A stretch of DNA of 64,000 nucleotides from Actinomycetes bacterium (lineage in GTDB: Bacteria > Actinomycetota > Acidimicrobiia > Acidimicrobiales > CADCSY01), in the NCBI GenBank assembly GCA_031398745.1, contig JANNNX010000009.1, forward strand, positions 4,038 to 68,037. Reading direction: 5' to 3'. The position numbers and the translations under genes are program-made. The notes below the pieces were generated by a model. It was not told the origin of the DNA. It was given only the letters and a program-made list of their open reading frames with translations, and searched no databases. Below, piece after piece: positions 48,908 to 58,372 of this stretch; position 1 is the first letter of the stretch; each line of letters opens with the position of its first letter.

Positions 48908-49947
48908 CCCTGGCGCCGCCGCTCGAGCACCTCTGGCGGCTGAGCGACGACACCGGCACCATCGAGCACGCCACCGGCGATGTGCCCCAGCTCGCCCACG
49001 GCTACTGCGTCGACGACGTCGCCCGGGTGTTGCTGGTGGCCGGCCGGGCGGCCCGCCTCGACGGCGATGCCGCCGACCCCCGCTGGCGGCGACTGGCCGA
49101 GGTCTCGCTGGCTTTCCTGCAGCACATGGCCCGGCCCGACGGGCGGTTCCACAACCGCCGGGCGGTCGGCGGGGAGATCACCGACGAGGTCGGGTCGAGC
49201 GACTGCTGGGGCCGGGCGGTGCACGCCCTGGGGGAGACCGCCACCGGGCCGTGGCCCGACCTGGCCGACGCGGCCCTGGGCGCCCTTCCCGCGGCCCTGG
49301 AGGTCCGCTCGTCGCACCCCCGCTCGATGGCCGAGGCCGCACTGGGCGCGGCCGCGCTGGTGGTGGCGGGCGACGAACGCGTGCAGTGGGCCGCCTGCGG
49401 GCTCCTCTCCGACGCCGTGCGCACCCTCCGCGCCCTCGGTCCGGCCGACGCCAGCGACGACGCCGAGTGGCCGTGGCCCGAGCCCCGGCTCAGCTGGGGC
49501 AATGCCCTCCTGCCCGACGCGTTGGTGGCGGCCGGCACCGCCCTCGATGACCGCGCCACCCGCGCCCGGGGCCTCGCCCAGCTCGGCTGGCTCGCCGACC
49601 AGGAGCACCACGACGGCCACCTGAGCGTCACCCCGGTGGGCGGCCGGGGGCCGGGCGACCCCCGACCCGGGTTCGACCAGCAGCCGATCGAGGTCGCCAC
49701 CTTGGCCGACGCCGGCCTGCGGGCCTGGCTGACCACCGGCGACGAGCGGTGGCGGACGCTGGTCTTCGAGGCCCGAGCCTGGTTCGAGGGCGACAACGAC
49801 GTCGGCGTGGCCATGGGCGACCCCGACACCGGCGCCGGCTTCGACGGCCTCGAGGTCGACGGCCGCAACGACAACCGGGGGGCCGAGTCGACGTTGGCCT
49901 ACCTGGCCACCTCGATCGCGGCCGCCCGGGCTGCTCAGGATCGGTGA
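48904..49947 (+). CDS. Six-hairpin glycosidase-like protein associated with GT4
   Basis: DDTGTIEHA, GYCVDDVAR, WPWPE..LSWGNA, FDQQPIE, N.NRGAEST. Confidence 0.75.
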   Translation: MTLAPPLEHLWRLSDDTGTIEHATGDVPQLAHGYCVDDVARVLLVAGRAARLDGDAADPRWRRLAEVSLAFLQHMARPDGRFHNRRAVGGEITDEVGSSDCWGRAVHALGETATGPWPDLADAALGALPAALEVRSSHPRSMAEAALGAAALVVAGDERVQWAACGLLSDAVRTLRALGPADASDDAEWPWPEPRLSWGNALLPDALVAAGTALDDRATRARGLAQLGWLADQEHHDGHLSVTPVGGRGPGDPRPGFDQQPIEVATLADAGLRAWLTTGDERWRTLVFEARAWFEGDNDVGVAMGDPDTGAGFDGLEVDGRNDNRGAESTLAYLATSIAAARAAQDR

Positions 49948-50954
49948 GCGGCCACCTCGGGGTCGACGTCGGCCTGGCGCAGCAGCGCCGCCACCAGGCC
50001 CTCGCCATCGACCTCGGCCGCCCCGACGTAACGATCAGCGGCGCCGTAGACCAGGTAGACGCTGCCGTCGTCGCGCCAGTGAGCGCCCTGGACGAACACG
50101 ACGTTGTCGACGTCCCCCCGGCGCTCCCACGGCAGCTCGGGCACCAGCAGCGGCTCGGGCAGTTGCGAGCGCACCCGGCCGGTGCTGCGGTCGTGCAGCG
50201 CGGCCCGCACCACGTAGCCGAACTCGGCCGTCCGCTCGTGGTACAGGTTCACGAAGCCGGCGGGAGTGTCGAGGAACGGCGCCCCGGCGCCGGTGCCGAG
50301 CCCACCCTCGCCCGGGCGCAGCACCACGTGGCGCTCGAGATCGGCCAGGTACGGGTCCCACTCGTCGTCGCCGGTCGCCACCAAGTGGTCGAGGTCATCG
50401 AAGGTGGCCAGGTGCATGTCGCGCCCGTAGAGCCGGTGGATCAACGCCAGCCGGCCGTCTTCGAGGTCGAAGAGCACGCCGTCCTTGTTGGGGACGTCGG
50501 TCGGTCCGACCAGGGCGCCGCTCTCGTGGTCGAGGTGGAACCGCCCGTCGGCGTAGGTGAGGACGTGGAGCCCGAGCCGCCACGGCCGCCCGGTGTCGGG
50601 GGGGGCCAGGTGGGTGTAGGTCATCACCACCTGGCCGTCGCCGATCGTCTGCAGCCGGGGGTCCTCGAACGACCAGGCACCGTCTCGCCCTCCGGCCGCC
50701 AGCACCTGCTGGAAGCGGTACCGCAGCCCGTCACGCGAGGTGAACACCACGATGTCGGACACGTAGTCGACGAACCGGGGTCCGGTCGGGTCGGGGTTGC
50801 GCCGGTAGCCGTCGCGGATGCCCCGGGCGAAGAGGTGGTAGCGGCCGTCGTGGTGGAGGAGCCCGGCGTTGAAGATGGCGGCGTAGCCGGGGGCCGACTG
50901 GGGGCCCAGGATCGGCTCGTGGGAGAGCCGTCGGACGCGCAGGTGGGGAATCAC
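49935..50954 (-). CDS. GH130-family glycoside phosphorylase/hydrolase
   Basis: IFNAG, FEDPR, NKDGVLF, LIHR, GDVDNVVF, YGAAD. Confidence 0.85.
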   Translation of the reverse strand: MIPHLRVRRLSHEPILGPQSAPGYAAIFNAGLLHHDGRYHLFARGIRDGYRRNPDPTGPRFVDYVSDIVVFTSRDGLRYRFQQVLAAGGRDGAWSFEDPRLQTIGDGQVVMTYTHLAPPDTGRPWRLGLHVLTYADGRFHLDHESGALVGPTDVPNKDGVLFDLEDGRLALIHRLYGRDMHLATFDDLDHLVATGDDEWDPYLADLERHVVLRPGEGGLGTGAGAPFLDTPAGFVNLYHERTAEFGYVVRAALHDRSTGRVRSQLPEPLLVPELPWERRGDVDNVVFVQGAHWRDDGSVYLVYGAADRYVGAAEVDGEGLVAALLRQADVDPEVAAHRS

Positions 50955-50995
50955 AGGCGTGTCACTTTGTCATTCCACCGGTCGGCACGGGTTGC

Positions 50996-51949
50996 ATGGT
51001 GACAGTGTTCGACGACCGTGAGGTGTTCAGGCGTTTCGAGGGCAACCCGATCCTCGCGCCCACCGATTGGCCCCACATGGTCAACGCCGCGTTCAACCCC
51101 GGCGCCACGACCCTCGACGGCGAGACCGTCCTGCTGGTCCGGGTCGAGGATCGCACCGGTCGCTCGCACTTCTGCCTGGCCCGCAGCGAAGACGGCTACA
51201 CCGGCTGGCGGATCGATCGGGAGCACCAGCTGCTGGCCGACTACGGCAGCTACGAGGAGCGCTGGGGCATCGAGGACCCCCGCATCACCACCATCGGCGA
51301 GGACCACTACGTCGTCTACACCGGCTTCTCGGAGGGCGGACCGCTGGTCTGCCTGGCCCGGACCCGTGACTTCGGCGACTACGAACGCCTCGGGGTGCTG
51401 ATGCCGCCCGAGGACAAGGACGCCGCCCTCTTCCCGCGTCAGTTCGACGGGCGCTGGGCGCTGATCCATCGACCGGTGCCCAACCAGGCATCGCGAGGCG
51501 TGCACATTTGGCTGTCCTGGAGCCCCGACCTGCGCAACTGGGGCGACCACACCGTCGTCGTCCGGGCCCGGGAGGGAGGCTGGTGGGATGCCGCCAAGGT
51601 CGGCCTGGGGCCGCCGCCGCTCGAGACCTCCGAGGGCTGGCTGCTCGCTTACCACGGGGTGCGGGTCACAGCGTCGGGATCGATCTACCGGGTCGGCCTG
51701 GCCCTGACCGCCCTCGAGGATCCCGGGCGGCTGTTGGCGCGCAGCGAGGAGTGGGTCTTCGGACCCCAGGCCCCCTACGAGCGATCGGGCGACGTGCGGG
51801 ACGTGGTGTTCCCGACCGGTTGGGTCCTGGGCGACGACGGCGACACGCTGCGCGTCTACTACGGCGCGGCTGACACCACGGTGTGCGTGGCCACGGCCAG
51901 CGTGGCCCGGCTCCTCGATCTGGTCCAACGCCATCCGGTCGACGGATGA
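50996..51949 (+). CDS. GH130-family glycoside phosphorylase/hydrolase
   Basis: FNPGA, GIEDPRIT, DKDAALFP, IHRP, YHGV, GDV.DVVFP, YYGAAD. Confidence 0.9.
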   Translation: MVTVFDDREVFRRFEGNPILAPTDWPHMVNAAFNPGATTLDGETVLLVRVEDRTGRSHFCLARSEDGYTGWRIDREHQLLADYGSYEERWGIEDPRITTIGEDHYVVYTGFSEGGPLVCLARTRDFGDYERLGVLMPPEDKDAALFPRQFDGRWALIHRPVPNQASRGVHIWLSWSPDLRNWGDHTVVVRAREGGWWDAAKVGLGPPPLETSEGWLLAYHGVRVTASGSIYRVGLALTALEDPGRLLARSEEWVFGPQAPYERSGDVRDVVFPTGWVLGDDGDTLRVYYGAADTTVCVATASVARLLDLVQRHPVDG

Positions 51950-52083
51950 CCCTCCTCGCCGGCCGAGGCCCAGCTCAGCGCCGGGGTTGGTCGGGAGCAA
52001 GCGCGTAGGCCGAAAGGCCCCGTACACTCGAAGCCTCCCGCAAGCGGGTCCGGTTGCCCCGTCGTCGACCAGAGGTGCACTGA

Positions 52084-53037
52084 GTGGCTTCGCAGAAGCA
52101 ACGCCCCGAGCGGGCTGAAGAGGATCTCGTCCGGCTCTACCTGAGCGACATCGGCAAGCACGCGCTGCTGACCAAGGCCGACGAGGCCCGCCTGGCCCAG
52201 GCGATCGAGGAGGGCAAGTCGGCGCAGACCGAGATCGAGGCCGCCGAGCGCAAGGGTGAGCGCCTGCCGGTGGCCAAGCGCCGGGAGTTGCAGAAGAAGC
52301 TGCGGGAGGGCGAGGACGCCACCCAGACCTTCATCCAGGCCAACCTCCGCCTGGTGGTGTCGATCGCCAAGAAGTACCAGGCGTCCGAGCTGCCGCTGCT
52401 CGACCTGGTCCAAGAGGGCAACCTCGGCCTCATCCACGCCGTTGAGAAGTTCGACTGGCGCAAGGGCTTCAAGTTCTCGACCTACGCGACCTGGTGGATC
52501 CGTCAGGCCATCACCCGGGGCATCGCCAACACCGGTCGCACCATCCGCCTCCCGGTCCACGCCGGCGACCAGCTGACCCGCCTGCGCAAGGCCCAGGCCA
52601 GCCTCGAGGTCAAGTTCGGGCGGCCCCCGACCATGGCCGAGCTGGCCGAGGAGCTCGACCTTCCGCTCGACAAGCTGGCCGAGATCTTCCGCTACGCGCG
52701 GGACACTCTCTCGCTGTCGGACCCCCTCCACGAGGAGGGCGACGCCGAGCTGGGCGACGTGGTTGCCGACCCCACCGCCATCTCGCCGTTCGAGGCCGCG
52801 GCCGACGCCCTGCTGCCCGAGCAGGTCAGCCGCCTACTGGCGCCGCTCGACGAGCGGGAGCGGACGATCCTGCGTCTCCGCTACGGCCTCGACCGGGGCG
52901 AGGCTCGCACCCTCGAGGAGGTCGGTGAGACCTTCAACCTCACCCGTGAGCGGATCCGCCAGATCGAGGCCCGGGCCATGTCGAAGCTCCGCCACCCGTC
53001 GGTCGACACCGGCGCCCGAGAGCTCCTGAACGTCTGA
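52084..53037 (+). CDS. RpoD/SigB-like (group 2) sigma-70 factor
   Basis: YL.DIG, ANLRLVVSIAKKY, KFSTYATWWIRQAI, RTIRLPVH, RTLEEVG..FNLTRERIRQIE; lacks region 1.1. Confidence 0.93.
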   Translation: MASQKQRPERAEEDLVRLYLSDIGKHALLTKADEARLAQAIEEGKSAQTEIEAAERKGERLPVAKRRELQKKLREGEDATQTFIQANLRLVVSIAKKYQASELPLLDLVQEGNLGLIHAVEKFDWRKGFKFSTYATWWIRQAITRGIANTGRTIRLPVHAGDQLTRLRKAQASLEVKFGRPPTMAELAEELDLPLDKLAEIFRYARDTLSLSDPLHEEGDAELGDVVADPTAISPFEAAADALLPEQVSRLLAPLDERERTILRLRYGLDRGEARTLEEVGETFNLTRERIRQIEARAMSKLRHPSVDTGARELLNV

Positions 53038-53075
53038 CCCGCCGTCGGGCACCCCGGTCGGGGTGCCCGCGGGTC
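53036..53075 (+). terminator. GC-rich hairpin after the sigma gene (putative terminator, no U-tract)
   Basis: CGGGCACCCC-GGTC-GGGGTGCCCG at 53046-53069, extendable by flanking GACCCG/CGGGTC. Confidence 0.5.
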
Positions 53076-53106
53076 AAGCGATCCGCGGCCGGCGCCGACA
53101 CTGCTC

Positions 53107-54327
53107 ATGATGTCGGCTCCGCGCTCCGTCGTGGTCGGGGCCCTGGCCGCGCTGGTGGCGGCCGTGCTGGTGCCGCTCGTCGCCTCGCCCGTGGGCGCCG
53201 CCACCAGCGGCACCCGGCCCATCCCGAACGAGGCCGCGGGCCCTCTCACCACCGACCTGGTGGGGGTGCAGGTCGGTGGCACCCGCTGGGTCCAGGCCTA
53301 CGACGCCTGGGGGGACGCGGTCGACGAGGAGCGCCAGGCGGCGAGCGAGCAGGTGGCGGCCACCGCCGAGGTCGCCGAGCTGACGTCGCTCACCGCCCAG
53401 TTGGCCGAAGTCCGGGCCGCCGCCGAGGCCGCCCGTCTCCAGGCCGATCTCGAGCTGGCGGCCGCCCGTCAGCGGCTGGCCCGGGTGGCCATCTCGGCCT
53501 TCGTCGAAGCCGGCACGACCTCGGAACTGCCCGACCTCGATCCCGACGATGTGTCCGACGACCAGCGCATCGTGGTGCTGGGCGAGACGGTCGCCGATCG
53601 ATCCATCGGCCGGGTCGACGAGGCCACCGACGCCCGGGACCGGGCTGCCCGGGTCGAGCGGGAGGCGGCCGCCGAGCTGGTGACGGCGCAGCGTCGCTTC
53701 ACCGAGGCCGTGGCCCGCGAGGAGCGGGCCGCCAGCGATCTGGCCCAGTGGACCGAGACGGTCGAGTCCCGGCGCTCGACCATGGCCGACGAGGTGATCT
53801 ACGCCACCGTCGGGTCGTCCGACCTCGAGGTCATCGCGGTCGACGCCTATCGCAAGGCGGTGGCGACCGTGGGCTGCGGGATCTCCTGGACGGTCCTCGC
53901 AGGTCTCGGCCGGATCGAGTCGAAGCACGGCCACGCCGGCGGGGCCACGGTGGCACCGGACGGATTGGTGTCGCCCCCGATCTACGGCGTCGCCCTCGAC
54001 GGGACGGGCGGCAACATGGCCATCCCCGACACCGACGGTGGGGTGTACGACGGCGATGTCGAGCTCGACCGGGCCGTCGGCCCGATGCAGTTCATCCCCT
54101 CGACGTGGGCGCGTTGGGCGACCGACGGCAACGGCGATCGAGTCGCGAACCCTCAGAACCTCTACGACGCCACCGCGGCTGCGTCTCGCTACGTGTGCGC
54201 CACCGCTCGAGGCGAGACCGAAGAGGAGCGGATCGCGGCCGCCATCTTCAGCTACAACCGCTCCGACGCCTACGTCGAGGCGGTGTTGGGCTGGTCGTCG
54301 AGCTACGCCGCTCTCGGCCTCCGCTAG
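53107..54327 (+). CDS. Secreted lytic transglycosylase (SLT_2-like) with coiled-coil N-terminal region
   Basis: Signal peptide; IESKHG, DTDGG..DGD...DRAVGPMQFIPSTW, YNRS..YV. Confidence 0.88.
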   Translation: MMSAPRSVVVGALAALVAAVLVPLVASPVGAATSGTRPIPNEAAGPLTTDLVGVQVGGTRWVQAYDAWGDAVDEERQAASEQVAATAEVAELTSLTAQLAEVRAAAEAARLQADLELAAARQRLARVAISAFVEAGTTSELPDLDPDDVSDDQRIVVLGETVADRSIGRVDEATDARDRAARVEREAAAELVTAQRRFTEAVAREERAASDLAQWTETVESRRSTMADEVIYATVGSSDLEVIAVDAYRKAVATVGCGISWTVLAGLGRIESKHGHAGGATVAPDGLVSPPIYGVALDGTGGNMAIPDTDGGVYDGDVELDRAVGPMQFIPSTWARWATDGNGDRVANPQNLYDATAAASRYVCATARGETEEERIAAAIFSYNRSDAYVEAVLGWSSSYAALGLR

Positions 54328-54384
54328 GAGGCGTGTGAGGCGGCCTCCGCGAGGAGGCGTGTGAGGCAGCCTCCGCGAGGAGGC
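54316..54384. repeat. 26-bp tandem repeat (about 2.6 copies), each copy containing a hairpin
   Basis: GGCCTCCGC(T/G)AGGAGGCGTGTGAGGC at 54316 and 54342, partial copy at 54368; stem GCCTCC/GGAGGC. Confidence 0.85.
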
Positions 54385-54432
54385 CGTGCCCTACAGTCGC
54401 CGCCGCTCCACAGTCGAGTGCAGGAGGCAGCG

Positions 54433-55818
54433 ATGGGGATCCGCACCTACGGCCCGAACAACGTCGACTGGGAGCAGCGGGTCGACATGGACCGGCTGCG
54501 CACCGCCCGGCTGGCCCGCCTCCGCCAGAAGCTGGACGAAAGCGACCTGGGGGCGGTGCTGGCGTTCGACTTCGCCAACGTCCGCTACATGACCTCGACC
54601 CACATCGGCACCTGGGCCATGGACAAGCTCATCCGCTTCGCCCTCCTGCCCCGCAACGGCGAGCCGATCATCTGGGACTTCGGTTCGGCCGCCCGTCACC
54701 ACCAGCTCTACAACCCGTGGCTCGACCACAGCCACACCCACAGCGAGGCGGCCGACGTCCACGACGCCCACCACGGCGCCACCGTCGCCCCGTCGCAGCC
54801 CAACGGGTCCCGCGCCGGCATCTCCCTGCTCCGGGGCGCCTTCAATCCCGACGCCGGGATCGCCCAGGACGTGGCGGCCAAGGTCAAGGCCGAGCTCGAG
54901 CACCACGGCCTGGCCAACGAGCCGCTCGGCGTCGACGTGGTCGAGCTCCCGGTGCTCTTCGCCCTGCAGGCCGCCGGGATCGGCGTGGTCGACGGCCAGC
55001 AGCTGTTCCTCGAGGCCCGGCGGATCAAGACCGAGGACGAGATCACCCTCCTGGCCACGGCGGCGTCGATGGTCGACGCGGCCTACGACGAGCTCTACGG
55101 CTTCATGCACCCCGGTGTCCGGGAGAACGAGTGCGTGGGTTTGGTGTCCAAGACCCTCTACGACCTGGGCTCTGAGTACGTGGAAGGGGTCAACGCCATC
55201 TCGGGCGAGCGCTGCGCACCCCACCCGCACGTGTACTCCGACCGGATCCTGCGACCCGGCGACCCGGCCTTCTTCGACATCCTCCACAGCTACAACGGCT
55301 ACCGCACCTGCTACTACCGCACCTTCGCCATCGGTTCGGCGTCGCGAGCCCAACAAGAGGCCTACCGGATCTGCCGGGACTACATGGACACCGCCATCGA
55401 CCTGGTGAAGCCCGGGGCCACCACCGCCGACATCGTCTCGGTGTGGCCGACGGCCGAGGAGTTCGGCTTCGCCGACGAGATGGCCGCCTTCGCCCTCCAG
55501 TACGGCCACGGCGTCGGCCTGTCGATCTGGGAGAAGCCGATCTTCAGCCGGCTGGTCTCCCTCGACCACCCCGAGGTGCTCGAGGAGGGGATGGTGTTCG
55601 CCCTCGAGACCTATTGGCCGGCGGCCGACGGGTGGTCGGCGGCCCGTATCGAGGAGGAGTTGGTGGTCACCGCCGAGGGCTGCGAGGTCATCACCAAGTT
55701 CCCGGCCGAGGAGCTGCTGGTGGCGGGCAAGCGGTACTGGTCGATGAACGGTCCGCTCGACACCGTCCGCGAGTCGCAGTCGCACATAAACACCCGAGCG
55801 CGGCGCCAGGACCGCTGA
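54433..55818 (+). CDS. M24 (Xaa-Pro peptidase/creatinase fold) family protein
   Basis: ARRIKT.DEI, GHGVGL, MVFALET, RIEE; RBS AGGAGG. Confidence 0.85.
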   Translation: MGIRTYGPNNVDWEQRVDMDRLRTARLARLRQKLDESDLGAVLAFDFANVRYMTSTHIGTWAMDKLIRFALLPRNGEPIIWDFGSAARHHQLYNPWLDHSHTHSEAADVHDAHHGATVAPSQPNGSRAGISLLRGAFNPDAGIAQDVAAKVKAELEHHGLANEPLGVDVVELPVLFALQAAGIGVVDGQQLFLEARRIKTEDEITLLATAASMVDAAYDELYGFMHPGVRENECVGLVSKTLYDLGSEYVEGVNAISGERCAPHPHVYSDRILRPGDPAFFDILHSYNGYRTCYYRTFAIGSASRAQQEAYRICRDYMDTAIDLVKPGATTADIVSVWPTAEEFGFADEMAAFALQYGHGVGLSIWEKPIFSRLVSLDHPEVLEEGMVFALETYWPAADGWSAARIEEELVVTAEGCEVITKFPAEELLVAGKRYWSMNGPLDTVRESQSHINTRARRQDR

Positions 55819-55834
55819 CGCATCGGCGTATCGG

Positions 55835-56656
55835 TCAGCGCCCCGCCAGCTCGGCCAGGATCGCGTCGGCCAACGGCGGCCAGGCGGCAGCCGCCCAGGG
55901 CCCGAAGTCGCGATCGCTGAGCGACGCCCAGGCCACCCCCGCCCGGGGGTCGACGCCGAGGACGCCGCCCGCCCGCCCGAAGTGCCCGAAGGTGGCGGGG
56001 GAGTTCGTCGTGCCGGTCCAGTGCGGTGCCTTGTGGTCACGCAGCTCGAAGCCCACGCCCCAGTCGTTGGGGTGCTGGCGCCCGAACCCGGGCAGCACCC
56101 CGTTGAGTCCGGGGAACTGCACGGTGGTGGCCATGGCCAGGGTGGCCGCCGAGACCAGGGTCGGCGTCAGCAGCTCGGCGGCGAAGGTCAGCAGGTCCCG
56201 GGTGGGGCTGACCGCCCCATTGGCCGGGGTGGCGACCATGCGGGTGGCGAGCATGCCCAGCGGCTGCAGCACGGCCTCGGTGACGTAGGTCCAGAAGGCC
56301 ATGTCGGCACTCGCGGCCAGGGTCTCGGCGGCCAGCTCGATCCCGGCGTTGGAGTAGATGCGGCGCCGGCCGACGGCGGCCATCGGCGTTCGTCGCTCGG
56401 GAGCCAATCCCGATGCGTGGGCCAGCAGGTGTCGCAGGGTCGAGCCCGGCGGCCCGGCCGGCTGGTCGAGATCGACGGTGCCCTCCTCGAGCGCGATCAG
56501 CACCGCGTAGGCGGTCAGCAGCTTGGTGATCGACGCCCATTCCAGCTCACGGTCGAGGTCGCCGGTGCTGGCCACCAGGCCACCGTCGCGGGTGACGACA
56601 CCGACCCCGGCGGTCGTTACCGGCCAGTGGTCGACCTGGTCCAGGGCTCGCAGCAC
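55835..56656 (-). CDS. Serine hydrolase (beta-lactamase class C-like)
   Basis: SITK, LLAHASG, YSN, FGHFG. Confidence 0.88.
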   Translation of the reverse strand: MLRALDQVDHWPVTTAGVGVVTRDGGLVASTGDLDRELEWASITKLLTAYAVLIALEEGTVDLDQPAGPPGSTLRHLLAHASGLAPERRTPMAAVGRRRIYSNAGIELAAETLAASADMAFWTYVTEAVLQPLGMLATRMVATPANGAVSPTRDLLTFAAELLTPTLVSAATLAMATTVQFPGLNGVLPGFGRQHPNDWGVGFELRDHKAPHWTGTTNSPATFGHFGRAGGVLGVDPRAGVAWASLSDRDFGPWAAAAWPPLADAILAELAGR

Positions 56657-56693
56657 GCTCGCAGTGTGGCCCGAGCGACGATCGGGTCGGGGA

Positions 56694-57572
56694 TCAGGTC
56701 GCGGGCAGCTCGGCCTCAGGCGGCAGGGCCGTCAGCAGGACCTCGACACTCAGCTCCTGGCGGGTGGGCCCGTGGAACACGCCTCGGAAGGGCACCACGT
56801 CGCCGTAGTCGCGCCCGTGCCCTACTCGGATGTGGCGAGTCTCGGCCGGGAGGTGGTGGGTGGGGTCGTAGCTGGTCCACATGGCGTCGGGGAGGAGCAC
56901 GTCGACCCAGGCGTGGCTGTCGACCCGGTACTCGCGGCCCACCTCGAACGCCTTCGGGGCCACGTAGCCCGAGACGTAGCGGGCCGGGATCCCGGTGCTG
57001 CGCAGCAGGGCGATGGCCAGGTGGGCGTAGTCCTGGCAGACCCCTCGCCGGCTGGCCAGGACGTGGTCGACGGCAGTGTGGACCGAGGTCCACCCCGGCT
57101 CGTAGGTGATCTCCTCGTGCAGCCAGTCGAAGATCGCCTGGACGGTGGCCTGGGCATCGTCGCTCCGGAGGCGCTCGGCCAGCACATCGACGGCCTGGCC
57201 CCCGACGACCTTGGGGGAGGCCTGGAGGTACTCGATGGCGTCGAGATCGGAGGCCGCCGGGAAGATCCGTTGGCCGGGGTCGTCGGGAAGGTGCATGTGA
57301 ACCACCGACTCGACCGTGCACACCAGCTCGTCGTGGGGGGCGTCGAGCTCGAACTCCACCACCTCGGTGCCGAAGTAGTCGCGGTGGCGCCGCTGGAACG
57401 AAGGCCGGGGGGTCACCTCGACCTCACTGCGGACCCGCTGCTGGCCAAGCTCGGAGATGGGGGTGAGCCGCACCTCGTTGCGGCTCCGGCGCACCGGCGG
57501 CGCGTACCGGTAGCCGGTGCGATGGGTGATGTGCCAGGTGGCGTCGAGCACCGGGAGCTCGGTGGCGGTCAC
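56694..57572 (-). CDS. Transglutaminase-family protein
   Basis: ITHRT.YRY N-terminal domain; GVCQDYAH, PARYVSGY, SHAWV, YDPT, GRDYGDV.P. Confidence 0.93.
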   Translation of the reverse strand: MTATELPVLDATWHITHRTGYRYAPPVRRSRNEVRLTPISELGQQRVRSEVEVTPRPSFQRRHRDYFGTEVVEFELDAPHDELVCTVESVVHMHLPDDPGQRIFPAASDLDAIEYLQASPKVVGGQAVDVLAERLRSDDAQATVQAIFDWLHEEITYEPGWTSVHTAVDHVLASRRGVCQDYAHLAIALLRSTGIPARYVSGYVAPKAFEVGREYRVDSHAWVDVLLPDAMWTSYDPTHHLPAETRHIRVGHGRDYGDVVPFRGVFHGPTRQELSVEVLLTALPPEAELPAT

Positions 57573-58372
57573 GAGCCGACCGGGAGGCTGCGCCGGGTGG
57601 GGAGCCACCCCGCGAGCAGGGTGCCGTGGGCCTCCTCGCTGGCCTCCATGAGCCGGGTGAGGTGGTGGGTGAGGTTCTGGGCCAGCGACTCGGTGGACGC
57701 CCCCGCCAGCTCGGCGTGGGCGTCGTCGAGGATCCCGGCGGCCAGCGGCGTGGCGGTGGCCAGCGTCCGGGCGGTCGTCAGGGCGTTGGCCACCGACCGC
57801 GGCCAGTCCGGAGCTCGCAGCACGAGATCGAGTGCCAGATCCACCGTGGGCGGGCCCATGTGTCCGGGGCGCCAGGCGTCGAGGGCGCCGCTCACCCGCA
57901 GGACGAAGCGGGCGTCGCGCCGCTCGTCGCCGGTGCGCCGGCGGGCCTGCAGCGTCTGGATGCGGGCGGTGCCGGCGATTCGTTCGATGCGGCTGCCCAG
58001 CATCACGTGCGACCAGGCCTCGTCGCGGGTGACGTTGCACTCGATCTGTCCGCTGAACGCGTCGAGGTAGAGCGCGGCCGCTCGCAGCACCGGCTCGCGT
58101 TCCGCTCCGTCGGCCAGGGCCCGTTCGAGATCGAGGACGGCACCGCCCAGCAGTTCGATCACCGGCGCGGTGAGGCCCTCGCGCGCCCGGCGCCCCTGTT
58201 CGTGCGCCACCCGGAGGCTGTCGAGCACCCGCCACGCGGGGTCGGCCTGTAGCGCCTCGCCGGGTTCGAGGGTGCGCCAGTCGGGCGTGGCCAGGGCGCC
58301 CCGCACGACGTTGGCCGCCCGTTCGGTGAGGCGACCGATCCAGTAGAGGCGCTCAGCCGTGCGGTTCAACAT
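57569..58372 (-). CDS. Alpha-E domain protein
   Basis: MLNRTAERLYWIGRLTERA and LGSRIER (two ER motifs). Confidence 0.85.
   Translation of the reverse strand: MLNRTAERLYWIGRLTERAANVVRGALATPDWRTLEPGEALQADPAWRVLDSLRVAHEQGRRAREGLTAPVIELLGGAVLDLERALADGAEREPVLRAAALYLDAFSGQIECNVTRDEAWSHVMLGSRIERIAGTARIQTLQARRRTGDERRDARFVLRVSGALDAWRPGHMGPPTVDLALDLVLRAPDWPRSVANALTTARTLATATPLAAGILDDAHAELAGASTESLAQNLTHHLTRLMEASEEAHGTLLAGWLPTRRSLPVGS

Noticed and set aside
54316-54384. Possible mini-CRISPR array
   Set aside because: Linkers are identical and about 10 nt, there are no unique spacers, and no cas genes are in the window
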